64,000 bases of DNA from NCBI GenBank assembly GCA_963753595.1, contig CAVWCX010000022.1, forward strand, positions 1 through 64,000, written 5' to 3'. Source of the stretch: Candidatus Methanoperedenaceae archaeon. GTDB taxonomy: Archaea > Halobacteriota > Methanosarcinia > Methanosarcinales > Methanoperedenaceae. The notes beneath the pieces were generated by a model. That model was not told the DNA's origin, ran no database searches, and saw only the letters and a list, made by a program, of their open reading frames with translations. The position numbers and the translations under genes are program-made. Shown here piece by piece: positions 1-9,861 of this stretch (the stretch's first letter is position 1; each line of letters opens with the position of its first letter).

Positions 1-1187
1 ATAGAAAATAGAATAATAATCAATATTAAACCGTAAAATATCACTTTACTGATTTTTTTATTCTCTTTAATTAGAATAAGCGCATACCCTGATAAACCAA
101 AATATCCAATTGCCGTAATTAAATAAAACTTAGAAGCTTCCCTGAATAAATTAAATCCGGGGAAATTATCATACAGCCAGAGATACACTGCTGGAAAAGG
201 TTCTGCTGATTGTTTAGTTAAAAATATGCCTGTCAAAGATAAAATAGAAAAAAAGATAATTCCTCTTTTATGGTGCTCGTTTTTTGAATTGATCAATAAA
301 GCAGAAAAGGCGATTATCGGAAAAGCCCAAAAATACCAGATAACCGGTTGAGGCACAAAGGACATATTTGGAAAATATCCCGTCCAGGAACTCTCAAAAA
401 TAGTGAAAGCTTTTGTTAAACTGAATAAGTCATTACCGAATAATCCCCTGTTAAAGACACCTTGCGCCTCATTAAAACCCCCCCCTAAAAAAATCGGAAG
501 GATCCAGAATGAATTTAATAAGGCAATAATTAAACATGTTATTATTATATTCTTATACAAATTATTCCATTTTGTTGATTGGAATAACAAAAAATAAAAA
601 AATAGTATAAATGTTACAATATACATAATCCTGGTTTCATACCCAAGTCCAATAGAGTATACAAGAGAAAATAGTATCCAGCTGGATAACCTGTTTTTTT
701 CGAGAGCATAAATAAATAAGAGTAAAATAACCGGGGCAATTGAATAAATGAACGCTATGGTAAGGTGAGCAGTTTGTCGTATTAAAAAGTGGGTGGTCGT
801 TCCATAAAAAATAGCAACCGTAAATGAAATGAGACTATCCCCAAATAATTTTTTTGATAAAAAATAAGGGGAGAGAAAACCAAATATTGCGATTGGAATT
901 AAGAAGGTAATTTTAGCTGCCTGATCATAACTTAAACCTGAATTTGCAAAAAAAGCCCAGAGAAATTTAAATAAATTAAATTGTAATTGAATATTTACTG
1001 ACCCGAAATTCCAGAAATTTATCCATGTCCCATATGAAGAAAATAACTGTATAACGGCTTCATCCGGCCAATAATTCCAATCTGAATATGTTAATATATT
1101 AAAAAGATTGAACCAGCTCAAGTGAGTAAAAAACGCAATTAATAGTAATATAATTATATATTTATATTTTAATAAAACAGTTCTCAT
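1..1187 (-). CDS. Partial (runs off window edge) multi-pass membrane protein, GT-C-like (AftD/DUF3367-type)
   Basis: Not in the ORF track. Hand translation from ATG 1187 (MRTVLLKYKYIIILLLIAFFTHLSWF...) stays open to the edge. Many TM segments; LLNSFWILP and FREASKF motifs match LLNSYWLVP and FREPQKF of ORF 24582-26711. Confidence 0.7.
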   Translation of the reverse strand, partial: MRTVLLKYKYIIILLLIAFFTHLSWFNLFNILTYSDWNYWPDEAVIQLFSSYGTWINFWNFGSVNIQLQFNLFKFLWAFFANSGLSYDQAAKITFLIPIAIFGFLSPYFLSKKLFGDSLISFTVAIFYGTTTHFLIRQTAHLTIAFIYSIAPVILLLFIYALEKNRLSSWILFSLVYSIGLGYETRIMYIVTFILFFYFLLFQSTKWNNLYKNIIITCLIIALLNSFWILPIFLGGGFNEAQGVFNRGLFGNDLFSLTKAFTIFESSWTGYFPNMSFVPQPVIWYFWAFPIIAFSALLINSKNEHHKRGIIFFSILSLTGIFLTKQSAEPFPAVYLWLYDNFPGFNLFREASKFYLITAIGYFGLSGYALILIKENKKISKVIFYGLILIIILFS

Positions 1188-1347
1188 TCAGGCACCAGGA
1201 CATATGGTAATTTTTCCAGGGTATTTCAAATTATACACGATAGCTATTATATATTTTTTTAGCATTTATTAGACTATCCCTTGAGTAATCCAACCTATAA
1301 TCTATTGTGTGTGCTATAATTATATTTATTATAACTGTATGAATCCA

Positions 1348-2364
1348 TTAGTTAACCACATTGGGAATCCCAATTGTTTTTATCAGGGATAATTTTACTA
1401 TTTTGTCCTGAATAAATTCCTTCAAATCACTGTCTTTAACTTTTCTAAATAGTTGAATGCTTCTTCGCTTCTTCATTGTGCCTTTTAAATTAAGTATGTT
1501 CCACCAGAATGCCCTTATATAAACAAACGAGACTTTTGGTTTTAGCATGAAAATAAAAAATCCGCATTCAGCCAGGTTTAAAAATAAATTTAAACTGATC
1601 CTGAATACAAGATTTTTAGATTCCAAATTTTTTAGCAGCATATTCAGAGTGTTTCTTTCCCGTAAATAAATCCTATTAATATGTGTTGTATAGCGCTTTC
1701 CTTTTTTTATACCGCCAACTATGGATCCACCGCCATAGTGGAATACTTGCGCATTACGGTTTGTAACAATTTTATATCCCAGGAGTCGTGCTCTCCAACA
1801 TAAATCCGTTTCTTCCATAAACATAAAATATCTTTCATCAAATCCATTTAATATATTAAATAATTCTTTTTTCATAAATAGCGCACAACCGCTAACAAAA
1901 AAAAGGTTCGTTATTAACTCGTCTGTTATCTCTTTATTGATCCCGATCGGATAACCCAATATATCGATTTTATTTCCCAGATCCTGTATGGTTCCGTCCG
2001 GATTTAATATCTTGCAGCCAACAATCCCTAAGTTATCAACCTTTGAATATGTAGATATTAGTTCCTGAATTGTGTTTTTTTCAACCCATGCGTCATTATT
2101 TAGTAAAAACAGATATTCGCCTCTGGATTTATGCACACCGATATTATTTGCCTCAGCAAAACCCAGATTAGTATTATTTTTAATTATAATTGTGCTGGGA
2201 TAATTTGCTTTAATATACTCAATGGATTTATCTGTTGAGCCATTATCTACAAATACAATTTCATAATTTTCATAATTTTGATTTATTATTGAGTCAAAGC
2301 AGTTCTTCAAATATCGAAGTCCATTCCAATTAACAATGATTATAGATACCAGAGGATTATTCAT
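1348..2364 (-). CDS. Glycosyltransferase family 2 (WbbL/rhamnosyltransferase-like)
   Basis: VSIIIVNWNG, VDNGSTD, NLGFAEANN, LLNNDA, EETDLCWR motifs. Confidence 0.9.
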   Translation of the reverse strand: MNNPLVSIIIVNWNGLRYLKNCFDSIINQNYENYEIVFVDNGSTDKSIEYIKANYPSTIIIKNNTNLGFAEANNIGVHKSRGEYLFLLNNDAWVEKNTIQELISTYSKVDNLGIVGCKILNPDGTIQDLGNKIDILGYPIGINKEITDELITNLFFVSGCALFMKKELFNILNGFDERYFMFMEETDLCWRARLLGYKIVTNRNAQVFHYGGGSIVGGIKKGKRYTTHINRIYLRERNTLNMLLKNLESKNLVFRISLNLFLNLAECGFFIFMLKPKVSFVYIRAFWWNILNLKGTMKKRRSIQLFRKVKDSDLKEFIQDKIVKLSLIKTIGIPNVVN

Positions 2365-3167
2365 CCTCTTACCTCACTCACAACAATCCCTGCTCCACTG
2401 GCCGCAAACTCGCAGCATTTCATGAACATGAATCCTGCGGTGTGCATCGGGTCATACAGAAGGTTCCGCCAGTGCCTGATGAAAGCAGGCCTGATAAGAA
2501 CCATTTGTTTCTTTGCCATTTCCGGATTTTTATTAACGTAATTACGCAATGTTTTGGCATAATAATATTTTTTCTTCATTGTTTTCAAAAGACTTAACCG
2601 CCCTTCGTGATGCTTGATCAAAGAATCAACTCTGCTGATCTTATATCCTGCACTCCTGGCTCTCTGGCATATATCCCAATCTTCCCCGCTGACCATTTTT
2701 TCATCGTAACCATTCAACTCCCAATAGACTGTTTTGCCAAAAAACCGTGCTGCCTCTATTGTATCATCTCCAATGTAACAGGAGCGTTCCAGGGCTTTGC
2801 ATCGCGTCCAGAAACCCTCACCAACAGAAATTTCCGGAATGATGACTGCACCAGTTCCATCTTTTGATATTTTATGAATGCACTCTTCGATCACTCCTGG
2901 CGTCAATTCCATATCTGAGTCGATAAAAACAAGATGATTTCCTTTCGCAGTCTCTGCGCCATGGTTGCGAGCAGCGCTTCTTTCTGAATCTTTTAAAAGA
3001 ACATTTGAGTATCTTTTCGCTATCTCCTGCGTTCTATCTTCGGAATAATTATCAACCACAATGATCTCTATATCAGGATAAGTCTGATCCTTAATTGACT
3101 TCAAACACATCTCAATTGTACCGGCCGAATTCTTCGTAGGCACGATTACAGATACAAGCTCACTCAT
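2361..3167 (-). CDS. Glycosyltransferase family 2
   Basis: VSVIVPTKN, VDNYSED, FIDSD, GEDWD motifs. Confidence 0.9.
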   Translation of the reverse strand: MSELVSVIVPTKNSAGTIEMCLKSIKDQTYPDIEIIVVDNYSEDRTQEIAKRYSNVLLKDSERSAARNHGAETAKGNHLVFIDSDMELTPGVIEECIHKISKDGTGAVIIPEISVGEGFWTRCKALERSCYIGDDTIEAARFFGKTVYWELNGYDEKMVSGEDWDICQRARSAGYKISRVDSLIKHHEGRLSLLKTMKKKYYYAKTLRNYVNKNPEMAKKQMVLIRPAFIRHWRNLLYDPMHTAGFMFMKCCEFAASGAGIVVSEVRG

Positions 3168-4255
3168 TCCTCGCCCACCGCCTTTAAAAACTCCCCCGCG
3201 CTCTTCTCCCAGCTAAATTCCCCTGCCCAGGAAAGTGCATCCCTGGAAAGCCTCTCTCGCAGCGTATTATCCTCTAACAGCTCAAGCGCTCTTTGCGCCA
3301 TCGCTTCAGGATTATTAGCACACAGAAGCCCTGACTTTCCATCTCTTATTGAATCCCGAAGCCCGTTCACATCATAACCTATTGCGGGTGTACCCATTGC
3401 ATTTGCTTCTGTTACAACAAGCCCCCAGCCTTCCCGCACACCCGGGACAAGGATCGCATGCGCGCGGGACAAGAGTAAAAGCTTTTTTTCATTTTGGATC
3501 GACCCAAAAAATTCTACACCACTGCAGGATATTTTCTCAAGTTCTTTTCGATAATAGCCATCTCCCACGACCCAGAGCTTTGCATCCGGCAGCTTTTTCT
3601 TTATGATCTTAAAAGCCCAAATTGCATGGTCCGGAAGTTTTGCTTTTTTCAGTCTTCCTACAAAAATAAGAGTGGGCTCTTTTTCTTTCTCAGGCATGGA
3701 TTCGATGGGTTTGAAATTTATCCCCTCGGACACGATTGATACTTTATTGAAGCCCAGGGTCATCAGGTCTTCCTTTGTTGATTCCGAGACTGTTATTGTC
3801 GGAATGTCCCTGTAATTCGAAAGCCACTTGTTCTCAAGAAAATAGTAGCCGATATAATTAACGGGAAATCCTGTTTCATAAAACCAGAACTCTCTCGCAA
3901 GCTGATGTATCAACGCAACCACTTTCTCACCATTATTTACAAATTCAGGAGCAAAAAAAGGCCTTGTGTTTATCTCATCAACCACAATATCAAATTTTCC
4001 TTTGAAATATTTATTATAATATTCCCTGGCCTTCCAGTAAACCGAATACTTTCCTCCGTCCCGTACTACCCTGATCCCATCTATGACCTCTTCTTTCATA
4101 CAGCCCGGATAAGCAGAAGTAAACAGCGTGACCTCATTTCCTTTCTCCACAAAACGCTTCGCGTTCTCATGTGTGAAAACCTCCGCGCCGCCTGCCGCCG
4201 GGTTCATTATGTCGCGCCAATTAAAAATAAGGATCTTCATGGGATTACTTCTCAA
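3164..4255 (-). CDS. Glycosyltransferase family 4 (GT-B)
   Basis: GGAE, FVGRL, EGWGLVVTEANAMGTP motifs. Confidence 0.9.
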   Translation of the reverse strand: MRSNPMKILIFNWRDIMNPAAGGAEVFTHENAKRFVEKGNEVTLFTSAYPGCMKEEVIDGIRVVRDGGKYSVYWKAREYYNKYFKGKFDIVVDEINTRPFFAPEFVNNGEKVVALIHQLAREFWFYETGFPVNYIGYYFLENKWLSNYRDIPTITVSESTKEDLMTLGFNKVSIVSEGINFKPIESMPEKEKEPTLIFVGRLKKAKLPDHAIWAFKIIKKKLPDAKLWVVGDGYYRKELEKISCSGVEFFGSIQNEKKLLLLSRAHAILVPGVREGWGLVVTEANAMGTPAIGYDVNGLRDSIRDGKSGLLCANNPEAMAQRALELLEDNTLRERLSRDALSWAGEFSWEKSAGEFLKAVGEE

Positions 4256-5162
4256 ATTTTTTTGCTAGTGATTCATAGGGTAAAGTAACAATAATTATTA
4301 TAAGACCGATCATAAATAAGGCCATTAAACCTCTTGATTCGATTCCCGGGAATACATAAGGATTGATGAATTGTTTGTAGAAATACATCCCTGCCACAAA
4401 TGCTGTTATCATAAAAGTCGAGTCGCGAAACATTTTTGTATAGTATTGAAAAACACCGAAACGTGAGGCTACTGCTACTGTATCAAGAAACATGTTGACT
4501 ATGGTTTTGAAATTTATCCTCCCAAATCCTTTTCTCGTGAATTTTAAAATTATAGGCGCTTCCACTATCTTGTAGCCAAAACGTGTAGCATAGGCCAAAA
4601 ATTCAACATCAAAAGCATATCTCTTAACGCGCATCATTGGAAATATCCTTTGCACGGGCTCTCTTCTCATCAATTTGAAGCCTGCCTGCGTATCCCTGAT
4701 TTCCAGCTGCAGCAATAACCTTAATACGATATTGTACATCTGGCTCAGGAATTTCCTGAGTAATGGATAATATTCGATCGTGGAAAGGGGGTGTCTCTTA
4801 CTTCCAACTACTATATCAGCGCCGTTTTTCAACATGTACTCAAATAAGATATTTATCTGCCCCGGGTCAAGTTCATTATCTGCATCAAGAAAAGTGACCA
4901 GATCCTTTGTAATAAATGTCACGCCATATTTTATAGCATAGCCCTTACCCCTGTTCCGCCTGGACCCCACAACTTTGACATTATCGAATTTTTCTGAAGT
5001 CGCCTCACGAAAAGTACCATCTGTAGATCCATCATCCACTAAAATTATTTCATGATCTATTCCAAGTTCATTGAAAATATTCCTTACATGTTTTATTGTT
5101 TTAAGAACCCGTCCCTCTTCATTATAAGCTGGGATTATTACCGAGAGTCCTTCTTTTTTCAT
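4245..5162 (-). CDS. GT2 polyprenol-phosphate glycosyltransferase (DPM1-like) with C-terminal TM helices
   Basis: IIPAYNE, VDDGSTD, NRGKG, FLDAD, DTQAGFK, FDVEFL motifs. Confidence 0.85.
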   Translation of the reverse strand: MKKEGLSVIIPAYNEEGRVLKTIKHVRNIFNELGIDHEIILVDDGSTDGTFREATSEKFDNVKVVGSRRNRGKGYAIKYGVTFITKDLVTFLDADNELDPGQINILFEYMLKNGADIVVGSKRHPLSTIEYYPLLRKFLSQMYNIVLRLLLQLEIRDTQAGFKLMRREPVQRIFPMMRVKRYAFDVEFLAYATRFGYKIVEAPIILKFTRKGFGRINFKTIVNMFLDTVAVASRFGVFQYYTKMFRDSTFMITAFVAGMYFYKQFINPYVFPGIESRGLMALFMIGLIIIIVTLPYESLAKKFEK

Positions 5163-5285
5163 TTCCAGAACGCCATCTCCATTGAATATGCCACTTTTTT
5201 GCTGAAATTAAATATGAGATTTGGGAATAAACCCAAATCTCATATTTATATCAGTAAGTGGCTGAATTATGTTTTTTCCTGTACT

Positions 5286-6644
5286 TTACTTATTGCCCTT
5301 ACCATTACTTTGACTCTTGCCATTTCCATTATTCCCTTTTGTTTTACTATTCCCCTGGCTGTCTTGATTTTTCCTGTAATTGCCACCGTCACTGCCCTGA
5401 TTGTAGATATTTACATTGACAGTCCCGGTGTTATCGTTTATGTTAATGTTGTTAATTACAGCATTATTTCCCCGTCCATTGTTATTTATCTTTGTATCTT
5501 CTTTTTTGTATCTCTCAGAGCTATCATCTTTCTGTTTCTTATCTTCATGATCATTTTCTTTTACCTGGTCATCACATTCGTCTTCATGGTCATGGTCTTT
5601 TACCTGGTCGTCACATTCGTCTTCATGGTCATGGTCTTTTATCTGGCCGTCACATTCGTCTTCATGGTCCTTTATCTGGTCATCGCACTTGCATTCCTCC
5701 ACATCTTTTTCATCTTTGTTATCAATGACTTTTACCCTGTCATTTCCCTCAAAGCTCATCCCATTGACCTTGCCTGTCACATTAAAAAGGACTGAATTCC
5801 CGGTAGGCACATTTTCCAGATCCTGAATGTTGAACTTCGCTATCAATGTACCGCCATTTTCATTCGAAATACTCGATTTCACTACATGCGCCCCCTCTAT
5901 CAAAACTGTCCCGATATCAATATCCCTTACATCAAGATCTTCAGGCAGTGTTATAAAAGCAGTGAACTTTCCTTTGCTTTCGAGGTTAATTGTCTCAGGT
6001 TTAATATCGACTTTAGCCTTGATTTTGTCGCCCGCTGCAACTGGCAGCAACCTGAAACCGAACGCAGGGCTCTGGAAAGCTACATTCTTACCTGTATTAA
6101 GACTTGCAACTACACTATAGTCACCTGCTGCAAAACATTTTTTATCGGTATCTATAGTAACATTATAAATGAAACTGATTTTTTCGCCTCCACTTCCATA
6201 ATTATAGCCATACCCATAGCCATAACCGAAATCATAACCATAACCTGCCCTGGAATCATATCCATAGCTATTCCCATACCCAAAATCATCTTTTGGTATT
6301 GAAACCGGTTTTATTTTGATTTTACAATCCCCTGAAATCTGTTTTCCATCAAGAGCAAAGAAAATTGTTTTATTGACAGGTCCTGTCAAATCCAGAGATA
6401 TATTGGTTATCGAAACATATTGATCCGGATCATTAATATCGATCTTTACCTGGAATTCAATATCATTACCTTTTGTATAAGAATCTTCCAACCCTGCGAT
6501 ATTAACAGCTACTGCCTGCGCAGGCCCGGACATTATTAGCATTGCAACAATAACTAAAGTAATAATAGTGCTTGGCACCAGGGATTTACCTCTGGAACCA
6601 GTTACATTATTCAACCACTTTACCATAACATAATCACCGCTCAA
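5286..6644 (-). CDS. Secreted/surface protein with GY-rich segment, His/Cys/Asp tandem repeats and Asn/Gly/Lys tail
   Basis: Signal peptide ending AQA-V, GYGYDFGYGYGY segment, DHDHEDECDDQVK repeats. Confidence 0.75.
   Translation of the reverse strand: MSGDYVMVKWLNNVTGSRGKSLVPSTIITLVIVAMLIMSGPAQAVAVNIAGLEDSYTKGNDIEFQVKIDINDPDQYVSITNISLDLTGPVNKTIFFALDGKQISGDCKIKIKPVSIPKDDFGYGNSYGYDSRAGYGYDFGYGYGYGYNYGSGGEKISFIYNVTIDTDKKCFAAGDYSVVASLNTGKNVAFQSPAFGFRLLPVAAGDKIKAKVDIKPETINLESKGKFTAFITLPEDLDVRDIDIGTVLIEGAHVVKSSISNENGGTLIAKFNIQDLENVPTGNSVLFNVTGKVNGMSFEGNDRVKVIDNKDEKDVEECKCDDQIKDHEDECDGQIKDHDHEDECDDQVKDHDHEDECDDQVKENDHEDKKQKDDSSERYKKEDTKINNNGRGNNAVINNININDNTGTVNVNIYNQGSDGGNYRKNQDSQGNSKTKGNNGNGKSQSNGKGNK
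5558..5695 (-). repeat. In-frame tandem repeat, 39-bp unit (one unit shortened to 33 bp), about 3.5 copies
   Basis: ttttacctggtc(a/g)tcacattcgtcttcatggtcatggtc repeated; encodes (D)HEDECDDQ(V/I)K. Confidence 0.9.
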
Positions 6645-6908
6645 TCATTATATTCTTTTACTATAAACGTGTTTAAAGTCTATAGAGTCCAAAATTAGTA
6701 CAAAAGGTTCCATAAGGCATAATTTAGTTTTTTATCGTTTATAATTGGTAATTTTAGGAAAAATATCCCGTAAAATTTTATTAAGTATTATTTAACTATC
6801 CGCTGACCCAATTCCTTTTTGATCAAGGATCTTTTTGTGTGAATCAAGACTCTGGACATCCGGCAGTTAAATCTTTTAATTTATAAAATAATTAAGAATG
6901 GTGATAGA

Positions 6909-8201
6909 ATGACCGCGAAAATTGATTGGTACAACGAATTCGTAGATTTTAATTATATCCCCGCAAAAGACGATCTGATCTGTTTATATTATTTTGAATC
7001 CGCAAAAGGAATTACTGAAAAAGAAGCAATAGGAAGGATAGCTTCCGAAAGTTCGGCAGGCACATGGACCACTCTTCATGACTTACCGGCACGGGTTGAA
7101 AAGATAAAAGCGCGCGCATTTGAATTAAATGGTAAATATGTAAAGATCGCTTATCCAATAGACTTATGGGAGCCTGGAAACGCCCCCCAGCTCCTGAGCG
7201 GGATAGCAGGTAATATCTTCGGGATGAAAGCTCTTCGGAATTTGAGGCTCATTGATGCATCCTTTCCACGGCGATATATTAAGTCTTTCAAAGGGCCAAA
7301 CCATGGTATCAAGGGAATAAGGTCTTTATTAAAAATCAAAGAACGCCCAATAACGGGTGCAGTGCCAAAACCCAAGATCGGCTTTAGCGCAGCGGAACAT
7401 GCCGATGTTGCTTACGAAACCTGGATGGGTGGATTTGATCTTGTTAAGGACGATGAGAACCTTACTTCCACGTCTTTTAACCGCTTCGAAGACAGGCTTA
7501 CGCGAATGGCCAAACTGCGTGATAAAGCTGAAAAAGAAACAGGCGAACAAAAAGACGCCCTTTTGAATATCACGGGTGAGACAAAAGAAATGATCAGAAA
7601 GGCAAAATTGCTTCATGATTCGGGCTGGAGGTTTGCCATGATAGATGTTGTCACCTGCGGAACAGCCTCTGTCCAGACAATGCGGGATGAATGCAATGAT
7701 CTTGGATTAGCCATCCACGCCCATCGCGCGATGCATGCGGCTTTTGACAGGAACCCGAAACACGGGTTGAGCATGTATTTCCTTGCAAAACTAATGCGGT
7801 TAATAGGGGTCGATGAAATTCATTCAGGTACCGCAATAGGAAAACTTGTGGGGAGTAAAAAAGAGGTCACACAGATCGCTAATGTACTTCGTGAATGTAA
7901 AATTAAAGATGGTAATATGCTATCACAGGATTGGGGGTCAATAAAGCCGACCCTTCCCGTTTCCTCAGGAGGGCTTCATCCGGGATTGATACCATCGGTA
8001 ATGAATATTCTGGGGAATGACTGCACTTTGCTTGTGAGCGGCGGCATACACGGCCACCCAAAAGGAACGCGGGCGGGTGCAAAGGCAGTGATGCAGGCAA
8101 TAGAAGCTACAATGGATGGTGTTGACCTTAATGAATTTGCGAAAAAAAATAAGGAATTAAAGCAGGCGCTTGGTAAATGGGAATATTACAGGCCAAAATA
8201 A
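6909..8201 (+). CDS. rbcL: RuBisCO large subunit, archaeal form III
   Basis: ASESSAGTW, KPKIG, catalytic GGFDLVKDDEN, HAHRAMHAA, SGGLHP, GGIHGHP. Confidence 0.95.
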   Translation: MTAKIDWYNEFVDFNYIPAKDDLICLYYFESAKGITEKEAIGRIASESSAGTWTTLHDLPARVEKIKARAFELNGKYVKIAYPIDLWEPGNAPQLLSGIAGNIFGMKALRNLRLIDASFPRRYIKSFKGPNHGIKGIRSLLKIKERPITGAVPKPKIGFSAAEHADVAYETWMGGFDLVKDDENLTSTSFNRFEDRLTRMAKLRDKAEKETGEQKDALLNITGETKEMIRKAKLLHDSGWRFAMIDVVTCGTASVQTMRDECNDLGLAIHAHRAMHAAFDRNPKHGLSMYFLAKLMRLIGVDEIHSGTAIGKLVGSKKEVTQIANVLRECKIKDGNMLSQDWGSIKPTLPVSSGGLHPGLIPSVMNILGNDCTLLVSGGIHGHPKGTRAGAKAVMQAIEATMDGVDLNEFAKKNKELKQALGKWEYYRPK

Positions 8202-8204
8202 AAT

Positions 8205-8615
8205 TTACCCAAGAACCTGCTTGATCTTTTCGGATGCTTTTTTCATTTCAACAAGAACTAATCCAAGATCGGCATCCGCTCTTGCCATAACTAAAAGCAA
8301 TGCTTTCGGGCCTGCTCCTGTTTCAATTAATTTTCCATTTTTTGATTCAATTACTATCCTTTCAGGTAAATCTTTTCCAAGCTCAGAAGCTGCGGTTTCT
8401 GCTGCGCCGAACATGGTTGCCGACATGGCTACTAATGTTTCTGCATGTTGGTTTCCAGGTAATGTAGAGCAGATCAATAAACCGGATCTACTTACAATTG
8501 CTGATTCATCGATCTTGCCGGTTTTATTTATTTCTTTCAATATTCCTTCAAGAATTTCCAGAGGACGTATTTCATTCATGTTGGCAGACCTCCCTTGATT
8601 TATTTCTTTCAACAA
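8205..8615 (-). CDS. Roadblock/LC7 domain protein
   Basis: SAIVSRSGLLI, AMSATMFGAAETA pattern. Confidence 0.85.
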   Translation of the reverse strand: MLKEINQGRSANMNEIRPLEILEGILKEINKTGKIDESAIVSRSGLLICSTLPGNQHAETLVAMSATMFGAAETAASELGKDLPERIVIESKNGKLIETGAGPKALLLVMARADADLGLVLVEMKKASEKIKQVLG

Positions 8616-8728
8616 TTTATTATATGTTCTTCAAACTATATATACATGTGCAAAAGTGCAACAGTTGCTTATTTAATATCCATATTATTTAGAAAAAAAA
8701 GAAGAGATATTTTCTGCAATTTTTCGAT

Positions 8729-8884
8729 CTAGTCAATGCATTTTATATCTTCCGAAAAGCATTTCGGGCATTTCAAATTGGTGCCTATGCCTTTGAATGT
8801 CTTGCTGCAATGGTTGCATAAATAACTATGCGATTCCATGCCACCTTCAAGTTCTACACCGAACGAATCACCTACGCTACACAT
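8729..8884 (-). CDS. Small (51 aa) Zn-ribbon protein
   Basis: Below ORF-track cutoff. MCSVGDSFGVELEGGMESHSYLCNHCSKTFKGIGTNLKCPKCFSEDIKCID has two CxxC motifs; AGGAGGT RBS; overlaps the flavodoxin stop. Confidence 0.75.
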   Translation of the reverse strand: MCSVGDSFGVELEGGMESHSYLCNHCSKTFKGIGTNLKCPKCFSEDIKCID

Positions 8885-9321
8885 TTTACCTCCTTATTAT
8901 TTATTTTACAGGCAAGAAGCGAGCCAACCCTCCTGCATATCTCAAGTTCCTCATCCCCGGGCATCCTTTTTATACCCAGATCTTTTATCATATCAACACC
9001 GTATGATGTCAATTGCTTATTGATCGCCCGTATAGCTTCAAGACCCCATCCATAAGACCCGAAAGCAAGACCTATTTTCCCGGACAGGTCAACATCAGCC
9101 AGTTCATTCAGGAATTTTTGCACAGAAGGCATCATAGCGTCACGATAATTCGGTGAACCGATAGCAATAGCATCGGCATCATATAGGTCGTTCTTATCGG
9201 CAAAAGAAACATTTTCCAGTACGGTTTCTATACCTTCCGCTTTTGCACCTTCTTCTATAGCCTGGGCTATCCTCTGGGTGTTATGTGACCCGGTGCCATA
9301 GATAATTGCAAGTTTTGGCAT
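8872..9321 (-). CDS. Flavodoxin
   Basis: YGTGSHNT FMN loop, IGSPNY, AFGSYGWG. Confidence 0.9.
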   Translation of the reverse strand: MPKLAIIYGTGSHNTQRIAQAIEEGAKAEGIETVLENVSFADKNDLYDADAIAIGSPNYRDAMMPSVQKFLNELADVDLSGKIGLAFGSYGWGLEAIRAINKQLTSYGVDMIKDLGIKRMPGDEELEICRRVGSLLACKINNKEVKCVA

Positions 9322-9408
9322 GTTCCCACATATTTATAATTATCATTCGTGGTATTTGTATTTTGCCAATTACAATCAACCAAAACCGTTTTACATTTAT
9401 AGATGGAA

Positions 9409-9843
9409 TCATTCAAATGTCACAGGGGAAAATCCGATTTTTTCATTAAATACCCTTTGCGCAGCAATATCCATCTCAACAATGAACACCTCAAGCACCA
9501 TGAATGCCTGTGCAGCTTTCCTGAAACATCCCATGGTCATTCCCCTGCTGCTTCCGGCAGCCCCGTGGAGGTGTATCTTTGGAGCCCCATTTTCCCAGAA
9601 AATATTGCCTGCGCCTAATATTTCGCGTGCATCCTCAAATTTTGACCAGACTACTGTGGGAGGAACAACTTTATCTTTTGGGCCTGTAACGAGGTCTGCG
9701 CTTCCCATTGCGCCTAGCATCGTAAAAAAGGCAGACCTTATATTCTCTTTGACGGCAAGCCCTGAAAGCTCCCCAAAAACATCTTCCCCATGGTCAATCC
9801 TTACTACAAATACACGTCCGATCGAACCTTTGCGATAATCCAT
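9409..9843 (-). CDS. PPC/DUF296 domain protein
   Basis: VRIDHGED, HLHGAAG, LEVFI motifs. Confidence 0.85.
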   Translation of the reverse strand: MDYRKGSIGRVFVVRIDHGEDVFGELSGLAVKENIRSAFFTMLGAMGSADLVTGPKDKVVPPTVVWSKFEDAREILGAGNIFWENGAPKIHLHGAAGSSRGMTMGCFRKAAQAFMVLEVFIVEMDIAAQRVFNEKIGFSPVTFE

Positions 9844-9861
9844 GCATAGAGTATATCGACT

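Noticed and set aside
5558-5695. Tandem repeat as CRISPR or evidence of a Borg-like element
   Set aside because: No spacers, in-frame and imperfect; the surrounding DNA is ordinary chromosome with core genes.
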